In this document: piece after piece, positions 13,652-25,828 of the stretch
Layout: the number at the start of each line of letters is the position of its first letter
Numbering within the stretch: position 1 is the first letter of the stretch
Assembly (NCBI RefSeq): GCF_001194135.2
Contig: NC_068982.1
Location: forward strand, 188,724,929 to 188,788,928
Origin: Octopus bimaculoides
Taxonomy: Eukaryota
Direction of reading: 5' to 3'
DNA: 64,000 nt
Position numbers and translations under genes: made by a program
The notes under the pieces: model-generated
Database searches by the model: none
The model's input: only the letters and a program-made list of their open reading frames with translations
What the model was told of the DNA's origin: nothing

Positions 13652-13690
<39 letters not shown>

Positions 13691-13727
13691 CACATACACA
13701 AATATGTATGTATATATATACACACAA

Positions 13728-13780
<53 letters not shown>

Positions 13781-13787
13781 AATATGC

Positions 13788-13818
<31 letters not shown>

Positions 13819-13830
13819 CATGTATGTATA
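13095..13830. repeat. Long (TA)n and compound acacaaatatg(TA)n tracts
   Basis: Directly visible dinucleotide runs. Confidence 0.9.
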
Positions 13831-14367
13831 AATATACGTAAATGTGTGTATATATACATGTATATTTGTGTGTGTGTGTGAATACATGTGTATCAATGAA
13901 TGTCAGTGTTTTTATATCGTGTGTGTGTGTGTGTGTTCAATTTAGAACAGGAACTTTATTATATTCATTTCATTATCTGAATACATACATACATATATAT
14001 ATATATATACATACACACACACACACACCATATTTCTCTCTTTTAAAATGGATTTATAGATAGGAATTGCAGTTACAGAAAATTAAAAGAAAAAAATAGA
14101 TGAAAAAAAAAAGGAAGTCCCACAATGATGACTTTTATGTTTCAGAATGTGTGAAGTTTAATTATGTGTAAAACATTTAGTAATGATTAACATTTTAGAC
14201 TATTAGTAATTGTAAAATAATTGGAGTACAATTGCCATCATCATTATTGTCCTCGTCATTTTAGCATCCACTTATCTATGCTGATGCAGAAAAGTATATC
14301 TTATATCCAGTAAGGCCCTCTTTATGAAGCTCTATGAAATGATAGCAGTGATAAGTGTAAGCTTTAA

Positions 14368-14590
14368 CCCATTAAGTCTCACTGTCCTATAAATAGGACA
14401 CGAAATGAGAACATTAAATAAGCTATATCACGTTGTCTCAGTGTCCTATTTATAGGACACCGAGTATTTCCATTTCTACTTGAAGTAAAGGAGTTTTAAT
14501 AATTAATTTGTTCATTTTAACCTATTTTCAATCATCTGTAAAAATTTAAAAGTAATATTCAGAAATTTAAGTACTCTGGGACTTAATGGG
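14368..14590. mobile_element. piggyBac-like TTAA MITE, family 2
   Basis: TTAA|cccattaagtc ... gggacttaatggg|TTAA; close copy at 59279-59502. Confidence 0.85.
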
Positions 14591-15435
14591 TTAAATTTAT
14601 ACACTCACACACACACACCATAACATGCACATTCCCACGAGTAAAGTACATATTCACACACTTCTATACAATTGCCTATTTGTGTATGTGTAGTTGTATT
14701 TGTATACTAATGAATATACAGATGTGTGTGTGTGTGTTAAATTATACTCTTTCATAGTTGTACACTGCCCCCTCCCCCATCCCTACCTATCCTACTAACG
14801 GTGTTACCCTGTTACCTTACTAAATATATATTAATGTTTATTTTTATGTTCAGTTATAATTAAAACAATTTTGAATTAATCAGCTGGATTACTCTATCCT
14901 TTTTGTAGAGTACAAATTTTTTTGTTCTTAAGCAAAAATATTGACAATGACTAAAAACAGAAAATTCCCTAAATAACAAGTAATGAAACTGACCAGCTAA
15001 AACATACCACCTACTTACCTTTTGTGAACCCCTAGAATATTTAATTACAAAATGTAACATACTCAATTGCTAAGTTTCTAAATACTGGACTAAACTTTGA
15101 ACATTTGACCGTTACATTGTCAAATTTAATCTAATAAAAATTTCTCCAAAACACCTTTCCATAACAATCCACCCTACAACCTAATTACCACTCCACTCAA
15201 CCCCAAGGAAGATTTTAATTCAACAGATTGGATAAAGCCAAGATTAATGTCAATGCATCACTGTCCAATGATGGTTTAGCTGACTGAAACTTCGAAGTCA
15301 CTGTCAGTAATATGCTTGCTTAAGAATAACAAATATATATATATATACATATATATTGCATATATGTATATATTGTTTTATATATGTCTTTTGTGTGTGT
15401 GTGTGTGTGTATGTATGTGTGTGTGTATGTATGTA

Positions 15436-15478
<43 letters not shown>

Positions 15479-16060
15479 ATACACATACACATATATATGA
15501 ACTTCTCTTTTCACCACATAAACAAATAATATACAAGCAGATACAGTTTAAGAATGCATAGAATTTTTTGTTATATAACCATTAGGAATGTATTGTTGTA
15601 GTTGAAGATTTTTCTGACACGTCTGATATCTCTGGCATTATTTGGTATTTTCTGGTAAAATATTATAGTCCAAATATTTTCTTTAGACAAGATACACTGT
15701 AGTTTCTACGTTGGTACCGAAGTGAATATATTTGGTATATTTGATGGAATCATTTGTACACTATATATTATTGATGTTTCTATTATCGTCCACTGGTGGG
15801 ATGGAACATAAAGTTGACTTGAGAAGGAATTGAACTTAGAACATTGTGAGACCTAAGAGAAATGCTATAAAGCATCATGTCCAGTTCTATGTAATCATCT
15901 GTGTCATTATAGACTAACGATCAAATTGAAGTGCCAGAGAAAAATATGTAAATAAAAATAATTAAATATTAGATCAAAAGTTGTTGATGTAATTATAATA
16001 GTAATACTTATTATTAATGTTAATTTGAGTTAAAATAATTATAATAAACAACGATGATGG

Positions 16061-16280
16061 TTAATCAGTATCCTCCCATGGGGCAACAATGTTAAGTTTT
16101 GACGGAACACTTAGGACCAGGCAGGTTGTCGAGTCATCAGCTTCCGTGTCGGTAGAGCTGTTGCTTGGAACATGTCCGAAGCAGGGGCTTGGGACCTCGA
16201 GACATTTTCGTTGTGAACACCCCTGAGTTAGAACTGGTGGCAAACTCATACGGGCGGCTCCTGCTGCACCTGCTGCACAA
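16061..16280 (-). CDS. RGS9: Probable terminal exon of the long RGS isoform, ending IVAPWEDTD*
   Basis: GC-richer, non-repeat island with acceptor ttcttatcctcttttacAG. Phase 2 matches the 40856 donor. 72 codons CAAGAAGAARMSLPP...SKLNIVAPWEDTD then TAA; the end resembles the RGS9-2 VICPWE tail. Confidence 0.75.
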
Positions 16281-18080
16281 CTGTAAAAGAGGATAAGAAA
16301 TTTAGTCGCAAGAAAACACGCACACACATGCAAGAAAAAAAAAACAAAAAACAAAACTGCAGAGTTGGGAGGACGTGCAGCTGTGAAAATAATTGCCTCA
16401 ACAAAATGTCACCTTGAAGTGGTTGATATATCAACAAGAAAGAGCAGTCAAATCCCTCCTCATACTGGTTTCGAATTTTAGCACAAGGCCAACAAGTTTG
16501 GGGGAGGGGTTAAGTTGACTACATTGACCCCAGTGCTCAACTAGTACTTTATTTTATCAACTCCAAAAGGATGAAAGGAAGATCAACCTTGGTGGCGTTT
16601 GAACTCAGAACATAAAAACATGATATACTGCTAAGCATTTTGCCTGATGTGCTAATGATTCAGCCAGCTTGATGCCTTAGATCTCCCTCAAATATTACCA
16701 TTTTATAAAAGAACACATGGTATTCTTTTTACTATCACACTGTTTTTAGAAGATGGGAGTAATAATAAAAATTTATAAGAAATTGAAACAGAATTTGGGA
16801 ATAAAGGTGGAGTTTATTTATTTATTTTTTTTTTTAAGACTATAATTTATTCTTAGAAGTATCAGAGATTACATGTATCATGTGTGATGGTTGTAATGAT
16901 AAATATTTAATGAACACATTTGATGATGTAGTTCTAGATACAGTCTTCCTAAAAAAAAAATGATGGTCATAGTTGGCATGCCTTTGGTCACAGGTTAGCT
17001 TAGAGTCAACTTGGGTTGATGGGAACTAAACAATGTCAGAGCCTGCCATTTTAGCCAAAAAGCATTAGTGAAAAATTAAGGCATGGCTGTGTGGTAAGAA
17101 GTTTACATCTCAACCACATGGTTCCGGGTTCAGTCCTACTATGTGGCACCTTGGGGAAATGTTTTCTACTATATCCTTGGGCTGACCAAAGCCCTGTGAG
17201 CAGATTTGGTAGATGGAAACTGAAAACCTGTCATATATATGTATATATATATGATGGATTCTCCCGCTGTTAGATGACGTATCAGGGTTTGACTATTTCT
17301 TGCCGAACAACCACACAGATGATTTGTTTATAGGGATCAAATGTTTGTGTTCACATAAGCTCACTCCCTCCATCAAATTGACATTACCTGTACAGGTGCA
17401 ACAGGGTGCCACGTGTCAGATGCCGAAGTGATTGCAGAGCAATTGAAATGTAGTGCTTTGCTCAAGAACACAATGCAACGCCCAGTCTGGGAATTGAATC
17501 CATGATCTCGCAATCATGAGTGCAACACCTTAACCACTGAGCCATGCACCTTCACACACATCATCATCATCTTCTAGCATGTTTTTCATGCTGGCATGTG
17601 TTAGATGGTTTGACTGGAATTGTTAAGCCAGAGAGCTATACCAAGCTTGGTTTCTATGGCTGGATGCCCTTCCTAATGCCAGCAACTCCCAGGGTGTTGT
17701 ACGTGCCTTTTATGTGTCACATGTGTGTGTGTGTCCCTCACCACCACTTGACAACCAGTACTGGTGTGTTAACACCTTGTAACTTAGTGGTTTGGCAAAA
17801 GAGACCAATAGAATAAATAACAGGCTTTAAAAAGAAAATGATTACTGAGGTTGATCGATTTGACTAAAATTCCTCAAGGTGGTGCCCCAGCATGGCCACA
17901 GACTAATGACTGAAACAAATAAAAGATAAAAAATACTTTTATTTCTTTACAAGTTTCAAACCATCGGTCTGTGGCCATGCTGGGGCAACTGTCTTTTAAG
18001 GTATAATCATTCCAGTAATTATTTTCTGGGTGTACATTTTATTGACCCCAGAAGGAGGAAAAGCAATACAGGCCTCAGTA

Positions 18081-18155
18081 GGCATATGGTGTAGTGGTTA
18101 AGAGCGTGGGCTACTAACCCCAAGATTCTGAGTTCGATTCCAGGCAGTGACCTGA
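18081..18155 (+). mobile_element. tRNA-derived SINE head, same head as the 47.6-kb element
   Basis: ggcatatggtgtagtggttaagagcgtgggctactaaccccaagattctgagttcgattccaggcagtgacctg with A and B boxes, then (AAT)n. Confidence 0.75.
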
Positions 18156-18662
18156 ATAATAATAATAATAAGAAGAAGAAGGTACGACTATCTCGAGAAT
18201 ATTATTAGTGCACCACTGAAGCAGTGAAATTAAAAATGCTTTAATGACTTCCTTTAGGAAGAGCCGACAAAAATAAAAGTTAAGTCGAAAAAACCTATGC
18301 ATTTCCATATCCTGAAGATGGGGCTGAGATCCTTTAAAAACGTTGATTACAATAGATTTCAGAACTTTGTTATTTGAAACAAACTACGAAAGTCTGATAG
18401 GCAGATTTGAAGGAAGCCTGACGAGAAGATCAAATGAGAATATAGTCGACGCATATTAATAAATACACACGCTTATCAAATAAGTGAACCTCTGGATGAT
18501 TGGCAAACCAATTAGAAACAGCAGCTAAACTCCCTCAACACATCTTATTTTAAAAGTTGACAAGTGGATAATGGAGAGATTGTATAAAAATGAACAGGAC
18601 ATTTGTGGCTGGAATGCTGCTGGGTGATCAGAGCTGGCCTGGGGTTAAGCAAGAAAATGAGG

Positions 18663-19232
18663 AAGTGATTCTCAATTGGGGTTCATAAGCTCCTTGGTGG
18701 GGTCCATATAAGATTTTATTGCGAAAGGTTGGTTATACTTCTACAATACACAAAATACAGCAGAACCTCGCAGTACGAGTGCCCCAATATACGAGCCGAG
18801 ACTTGTGCAAATATTTGAAGTACGAGCGGAAATCTGCAGTACAAGCACACAAATCGTCCTATCTTTAAGGTAATTCAGTTAATAAAACCAGTTTACATAT
18901 TTCTTTTGCATTCTCTTTTTTTATAATTGTCATTTTACTTGTAACCATACCTTTTCTGTTTTTAAAACCCATAAAAAATTATTTTTGAGTGGGTTTTGGG
19001 GGCGGGAACGGATTAAGTATATTTTAGTTAATTTCAATGGGGAAAATTGATTTGTAAAATGAGTAAATCATAAGACGAGCTCAGTCATGGAACGAATTGA
19101 GCTCGTACTGCCGAGGTATCACTGTATTTTAACAATAACAATTTTTTTGAGCTTTGAATTGCTAGGAGGGTCCATTTGGGCAAAACAGAAATCAAAGGGA
19201 CCCATAGGTAAAAAAGCAGTTGAGAATCACTG
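18663..19232. mobile_element. hAT-like MITE hosting a nested pogo/Tigger-like MITE
   Basis: Termini agtgattctcaa...ttgagaatcactg; no clear 8-bp TSD. A related arm occurs near 56295. Confidence 0.5.
18758..19124. mobile_element. Tigger/pogo-like MITE
   Basis: TA|cagcagaacctcgcagtacgag ... ctcgtactgccgaggtatcactg|TA. Confidence 0.75.
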
Positions 19233-19983
19233 CTCTACATTTTAACTGCTAAAAATGAATCTCTCTCATACCATTCCCTACCGTTTTGAAATAAAAGGAA
19301 TCAGTCTACGGAGAGGCCAGTGAGTGAGCAGAGATGTAGGACTGTGAGGTTCCCTGTCAAGGATATGCTTACCTCTCTAGTGCTGATGTCATGGAAAATG
19401 CACCTACTATAAGGTGTGAAGTTTAGAGGGCCCTTAATCTTGTGAGAACCTGATACTTCTAGAATGCTCTGCAAAGTTGGTTGGTGTTAGGAAAAATATC
19501 TAGTTTCAGAAACCAAACCCAAAATGAGGCTTCTGAACAATGTAGATTGGTGATTCCCCTAATATACAAGCTGACTCTGTATACATGGTGACCTGTCCAA
19601 AACCCAGGCTTGTTTGGAAAGTAGCTTATAAAATGAAGATTGTGATGGTTTTGGGTGTACAAAATGATGAGATGATCATGGTTGGAATGTCTTTGATCAT
19701 AACTGTTGATGAGGACTAACTTGAGATCAAACAACTACCACTGTTGAAGGTAAGTTTAATGAAACTTCAGTAGTTAAGGGTATTAACAGGGTATAGATGA
19801 GTTATAAGAAAAGAACATCTGAGATCTTCAGGGAAGCTTTAATATAACAACTTCATATGATTCAAAATTTCTATAGGGATGCCTTGAGTTAGCAACAAGA
19901 ATATTCTCATCTGTTCTTGGCTCTTGTATTCCTATACTGATGCTGTACAGGAGTGAAATTCTTTGCAATCTAGAATTCTGCAA

Positions 19984-20602
19984 CAGGGTGTTCAAAAAGT
20001 CTCTCTGCAGTGAATTTTTTTTTCATCCTGCACATGCGCAACTTGGCTATCGCTGTGTGGGTGGCCAGGTGTCGACCATTGTCCCTCAGTCATTGTGTAC
20101 CCTTCAGCGTGTCGACATGCTAACCATTGAAGAAAATACGTTTTTAGTTGAATGGGTGTTTCAAGCTGGAAACAAATACACAGATACTGTGAAACAGAAG
20201 TACAGCGAAACTTTTCCAAATACTGTTGCTCCACATCGTGACACTGTGCAGGGTTTGATAAGAAAATTTAGAAATACAGGCTCAGTGGAAGACGCAGTAG
20301 GAGGCGGTAGGCCTATTGTTCTTTCAGATGAAACACTTTCCAATTTTTCTGATAAACTGTTGGCAAGCTCATCAAAGACCTTATGCAAATTGTCACAGGA
20401 AACTGAAATCATCCTAGGAAGTGCTCACACGGCAGTAAAAATGAAATTAAATTTTATGTTTCGAAAATGAAGGGCAACACTTTCAACACTTCCTCTAAAG
20501 TTTTTTAAAGTCTGATATATTCTTTTGTAGTCTTTATACCATCTTAGAAATATTTATTTTGCGATAAAATACTTACTGTGGAGAGACATTTTGAACACCC
20601 TA
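19984..20602 (+). mobile_element. Internally deleted Tc1/mariner-superfamily element retaining an HTH-encoding ORF (20117-20470)
   Basis: TIRs cagggtgttcaaaaagtctctctgcag / ctgtggagagacattttgaacacccta, TA on the right. MLTIEE...LIRKFRNTGSVEDAVGGGRP is a transposase paired-HTH with GRP linker; no DDD/E domain. Confidence 0.85.
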
Positions 20603-20974
20603 TACTATCATTCTATACATACTCTAAACATCCTTCATCTCCAAAATAAATAACCTAAGTGGGTTATTATGGGGTACAAACATTGGTGCTGGTACCACAT
20701 GAAAAGCACTGGTGATGGGGATCACATAGAAAGCATTCTGTACATGTTGTAAAGTGGTTGGCGTTAGGAAAGGCATCCAGCCATAGAAGCCATGCCAAAA
20801 CAGACAATGGAACCTGGTGTGTGGCTCCGGGCCTTGCCAACATGGAAAATGGATGTTAATCGATGAAGTTGATGCATAGCTGCACTGCAGCAGTATAGGC
20901 AAAACTCACTGACCACATGTCTGGAAAGAAATACCACCCACCCACCCGCTCCACTTTTTATGTGGCTTTTGCCC

Positions 20975-22250
20975 ATTACTGCAACTCTAGCAATACTTCC
21001 ATCTCAAAAGCAAAACCTGCCTTCGTCCATCGGTTCTTAAGCTCTCCATCTTCCTTAACAAAAGAATTTTTACCAGTTTTGCACAATCTTCCTATTCACA
21101 GCTCCTCAATCATAATGATTCACTTTGCAGGCCTTCAACCAAACTCGACCATATTCCCAAACACACCAAATGAAAAAAACACCTTGGTTAATTCAAAACA
21201 AGGCTACTGGTCCTGTCAGTTTCCCTTCTATTACCCAACAAACAGTATGTTTTAGTACTGACCCCTACCCTCATTAAATGCTTCAATCTTTCTCAGTTTA
21301 CAGCAATATATCAAAATTGCTAACGTGGCCGATGACAGTACTGCCTGATTGGCATTCGTGTCACAGGAACATTAAAAGCACATCCGAGCGTGATCATTGA
21401 CAGGGCCACGGATTGGCTCCTGTGCCTGTGACATGTGAAAAGCACCATTCAAGCGTGGTTGTTGTCATTGCCGCTGGACTGGGTCCTGCACAGATAGCAT
21501 GTAAAAAACACCTTTTGAGTGTGGTCGTTGCCAGAACTACCTGACTGGCCCTCATGCCATTGAAATGTAAAAGCACCCACTACATTCTAGGAGTGGTTGG
21601 CGTTAGGAAGGCCAGCCAGCTGTAGAAACTTTGCCAGATCAGATTGGAGCCTGGCACAGCCTTCTGGCTCACCAGTCCTCAAACCATCCAACCCATGCTA
21701 GCATGGAAAGCAGACGTTAAACAATGATGATGATGATGATATCCTGCTCTTTGGAACCATGATGTATTTCACCTCATCCCAAAGAAGAAACTTCTCCAGT
21801 GCTGCCATCTCTCCATTTGTTGCTCTCACAAAATGCAAAGGCAATGTTATCTATCATTTACTCCAGCATCTTAATTCACCCCCCAGCCTCTGACGACCAC
21901 TAACTACAGCTTCCAAAGTCAGATCTCCAAAAGATCTGGTCTGCTATGTCACTGACCAGTTATAGAATTTGGCAAAAGCAATGTGGTATTTGACATCATG
22001 ACGTCAGAGCATTTGATCTTGTCCAGCAAAAAGATTTTCCAGCCCAATTACTCATCTGTCTCTTATCTCTTGGATAAAATATTTCTCGTAAAATCATATT
22101 ATCACAGCGTGCATTGATGAGACTCTTTGTGACTCAGACTCTATCAACTCTAGTATACTCCAAGACTCAGTTATGTCGCTCTCGCTCATCTTATTGTATA
22201 CGATCAACTCTCTCACTGTCATCTCTAACATTGCTCAATCTGTTTTTTAA
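20975..22250 (+). mobile_element. Decayed CR1/Jockey-group LINE reverse-transcriptase remnant, interrupted by an RTE-tail repeat (21330-21745)
   Basis: Frameshifted RAFDLVQQK (cf. KAFDRVWHK) and SINSSILQDSVMSLSLILLY (cf. INSGVPQGSVLSPTLFLLF). Confidence 0.6.
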
Positions 22251-22285
22251 ATCTCACAACGAGAGATATTCAGCAACAGTACTTT

Positions 22286-22730
22286 GTGGTAAAGATTGTT
22301 TGCCAACATAACATGGCAGTCCTGGTTTAGGACTAATGTTGCTGTAATTTAGCCCCAGGAGACATCGCTATACGATACGATTTGTGTCCTTATATTTTTG
22401 AACAAGGGAATCTAGCACCCCCACTCAGTTGAATAGTAATTTTCTAATTTATAAATTAGTGACTAGTTGTCACTTTGAAAACTATATATTTTGAACAGGA
22501 ATTTGGCAGCGCCACCTCTAGCTGAACAATTACTCTGTGCTGATGAAGAGAAATAACCCAGAAATTGCGATACACAGATATTGTTTTGAGCTGAGTGGGG
22601 GTGCTAGATTCCCTTGTTCAAAAATATAAGGATACAGCCAGCTGGAGACGATGTCTCCGGTGGCTAAATTACAGCAACATTCGTCCTAAACCAGGACGGC
22701 CGTGTTATGTTGGCAAACAATCTTTACTAC
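22286..22730. mobile_element. Foldback element with about 140-bp inverted arms and a central hammerhead motif
   Basis: 22286-22428 is the reverse complement of 22591-22730 (gtggtaaagattgtttgccaacataac... / ...gttatgttggcaaacaatctttactac). Confidence 0.85.
22534..22578 (+). ncRNA. Minimal type I hammerhead ribozyme motif (Penelope-associated type)
   Basis: UCUGUG CUGAUGA A GAG aaauaa CCC A GAAA UUGCGA UA CACAGA. 6-bp stem I, full core, near-palindromic stem III (AUUGCGAU), one mismatch in stem II. Activity untested. Confidence 0.7.
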
Positions 22731-23098
22731 ATTGCTCAATCTGTCAGCAACTAGATACCACATCATCATCAAACATTTATTTTTCCATGCTGGCCAGCCA
22801 GAGAGCTGCACCAGTCTCCAACTGTCTGTTTTGGCATGAGTTCTAAGGTTGGAAGCCCTGCCTGGTGCCAACCACTTTACAGAGTCTAGTGAATGTTTTT
22901 CATGTGGCACCATCACAAGACAAAGACCTCTCAGCTGTGAGAGCTTTTTTCAGTTTCCATTGACCAAATCCACTCACAAGGCTTTGGTTGGCCTGAGGCT
23001 ACAGTAGAAGACATTTGCCCAAGGTGCCACACAGTGGGACTGAACCTGCAACCATATGATTGGGAAGCAAACTTCTTAGCACACACCCTAATGATGAG

Positions 23099-23135
<37 letters not shown>

Positions 23136-23179
23136 AAAAGTTCCAAGATCAAAAAACAAAACCTCTCTTTCCATGTAGC

Positions 23180-23690
23180 ATTCTCAGAGTTATTTGGATT
23201 TTTAATATTTTCGTCATATTTTTATTGATTTTTGCGAATAGATTGCAAGACTAAACCATTGTTTGCTTTAACAGATCAGCTTTGTTGTGAGCTGCAAGTT
23301 GATTTGCAGCAGATTTAGAAAAAGAGATAAGTTCAGCTTAAAATGGAAAAAGTATACGTCGTATCAGACTTACTTGCCAGAGTACATGTAGATTACTTTA
23401 CATTGCTTTTAATTCTCCAGCAAGTTTTATCTGCATTGATCTTCTTTTACCGATGCTTTGCAATTCATGTAACCACTTTCTTAGAACTGGATTTATTCTC
23501 TGACAAAATGCTTTGGATCCTCAACATTCAAATATCTAGACATTGAAAGTTTGTTATTAAGATGTTATTACAGATGAAATCTTAGATGAACTAAGCTGAA
23601 GAACTTTTGCGTTTCTCTTCCAACCTTTGTTCTTGGTTTTGTGTTCAAACCTTACTCCAGGAATCATGTTGTGTTCTGAGTTGAGCACAG
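23180..23690 (-). mobile_element. Possible decayed pogo/Tigger-like transposase remnant
   Basis: NPVLRKWLHELQSIG...MQIKLAGEL resembles a CENP-B/Tc5-type HTH; many stops. Confidence 0.35.
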
Positions 23691-23735
23691 TAATAGCTGC
23701 AGGGGCAGCAATGGCCATGTGGTTATGAAGTTTAA

Positions 23736-24045
23736 CCCTTGAGCATTGAAACCAGCCATATCTAGCCTTAGTATTTTACTTGTTTTATCTTCAAACCAGC
23801 CAGATCTGGCCTCTTGCACCTGACCTACAATATCATTCTAAAAATAAACAATCACATCTTTGAAATATCAAAGCCACAAAATAATGTATGATTAATTAAA
23901 AACATTATGAATAAATAAGCATTACGTTTAACCTTTAGCATGCTGTAGACGCATCATGTTGCCATACAAGTTTTCTCCCCTTTCAGTGCAACACAATGTG
24001 CTGAAGCATGCTAAAGGTTAACAGAATAATCTGAATGCTAAAGGG
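23736..24045. mobile_element. piggyBac-like TTAA MITE, family 1, carrying a nested 86-bp MITE
   Basis: TTAA|cccttgagcattg...ctgaatgctaaaggg; body interrupted at 23928-24021. Confidence 0.75.
23932..24017. mobile_element. 86-bp miniature piggyBac-like element
   Basis: TTAA|cctttagcatgct ... agcatgctaaagg|TTAA; perfect 13-bp TIR and TTAA duplication. Confidence 0.8.
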
Positions 24046-24069
24046 GTAGCAATGGATGTGGGGGTTATG

Positions 24070-25510
24070 TTATTCTATTGTCTCACTTCTTTCTTTAACT
24101 GCCAAGGTGGACTGTTACAGCCTCCCATATTGCACTTATTAGTTTTTATTGTGTTTACATGGTACTGGTGCTTTGTATGCAACCCAGTTTGAATTAAGGA
24201 TGTTCTGAAGGATACTACTGATGTCTCTGGAATCATAAAATGTGAACCAGTTGGGACCCTATAACTCAGTACAAAAGGAGTTTCTGTCAGAGCAAGCAGT
24301 TTAAAGGTGAAGGTGTCCTTTCTTCCTACCAATAAAGAAACAGCTTGGCAATGATCATAGCGTGATTAGAATTGCCTTAAGATTTTCTGATAGTGACGCT
24401 GATAACTTTCAGGAGCAGTGGTAAATAGCTTTGTCCATAGTTTTGTTACCTCTTGTGGAGAGGTGACTACTTGGGACCAGTTTGAGTCTAGCACTAAGTC
24501 AAGGAAATAATTTGTACTTTGTGGCCTATGAAAAGTTTCCTAACCAGTCTCTGAGTAATTGAAATCACCAGTGATAAAAATAAAATATGAGGCCTGATCA
24601 AAAACATAGTTATCTCGAGGATGTCAAAAAGCTGTGTATCTTGATGGTAGTTGGAGAAATGGAAAACAATTTCAAATAGAAGTATTGAATGTCCACCTTC
24701 CATACTGGCATGGGTGGGACAGTTTCACAAGAGCCGGCCAGGCAGAAGCCTGCACCAGACTTCTGTGACTGTTTTAGCAGGATTTTTACAGTTGGATGCC
24801 CTTCCGAAAACCCCAACCACTCAGTGGAGTGGACTTAGTGCTTTTTACGTAGTACAAACACAGGTGAGGTTAGTTTTGGCAAGGATTTTACGGCTGGATG
24901 CCCTTCTGAACACCAACCATTTTACAGTGCAAGACAAAAAACTTTCGGGGGAGGGGGAGGTGATCTTGTGTGACATGTTTATACAAATGCTGCAGAAAAA
25001 GAACTTCTTGCTGTGATTGGTTCAAATCATGGCAAAGAATTGCTGAAGAGCTTGGGTGACCAGACCATCGCACCACTCTGACAGCGATTAGAGGTGACTT
25101 TGCAAAACAAGTTGTAGCCAGCCATGCTAAAAACCATGTTATATAATTATGAATGGATCCACGTTTCCATACCTGTAAAAGACAGCAATCTATAACTGCA
25201 TCAAAGCCTATCATGACCCATAAATGATGGTGTAGTGTTCTTGTTTCCTGAGGCTTTGATATTGCTGTCCATTGTTTGTTTGATATCTAAAGTCCAGCTT
25301 GTATCTTTCTTCTATGTATCACCAGACTTAATAAATTTCTACATCTGTCCATAAACACATGGACTGGAACTCTTCCTTGACACCGAGGCAAGTCAGGCAT
25401 GGAAAGTACCAATTTGGTAGTTGGGCCATTTCCCAGAATCTATCCATCATAGAATTATAATGTATCTTCTTATGGCTTGAGATTGTTGGAAAGTTAGTGA
25501 CACATTGCAC
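24070..25510 (-). mobile_element. Possible highly decayed RTE-like LINE (endonuclease/linker region) with inserted RTE-tail repeat
   Basis: Weak, frameshifted resemblance only (TWIHS cf. TWMHPRS; linker-like helical segment). Confidence 0.3.
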
Positions 25511-25828
25511 TCTTTAGTGCTTAAACCAGCTTTAACTGACCCAGATATACTTGTTTTATGTTCAGATTGGCCAGGTTTGGCCTTTTACACCTACCCTACA
25601 ATGTCATTCTAAAAATAATCAGATCATTAAAATCTCAAAGATACAAATTAATGCATGATTAATTCAAAACAATGTGAATAAATAAATATATTTGACAGAG
25701 TAATCTGAATGCTAAAGGGTTTAGACAGATCGAAACCTAAAATTGATTGATTTGGCAGAGGCAGTGATCTTTATTGATCACAAAGTCAACAAATCCAATT
25801 TAATCGTGCAGACATTAAAAATAAAATA

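Noticed and set aside
13028-14063. [12 protein letters not shown] ORFs here and throughout
   Set aside because: Dinucleotide repeats.
22507-22524. CTCF-like motif cagcgccacctctagctg inside the foldback element
   Set aside because: Spacing differs from the CTCF core by an insertion; a single short match is not evidence.
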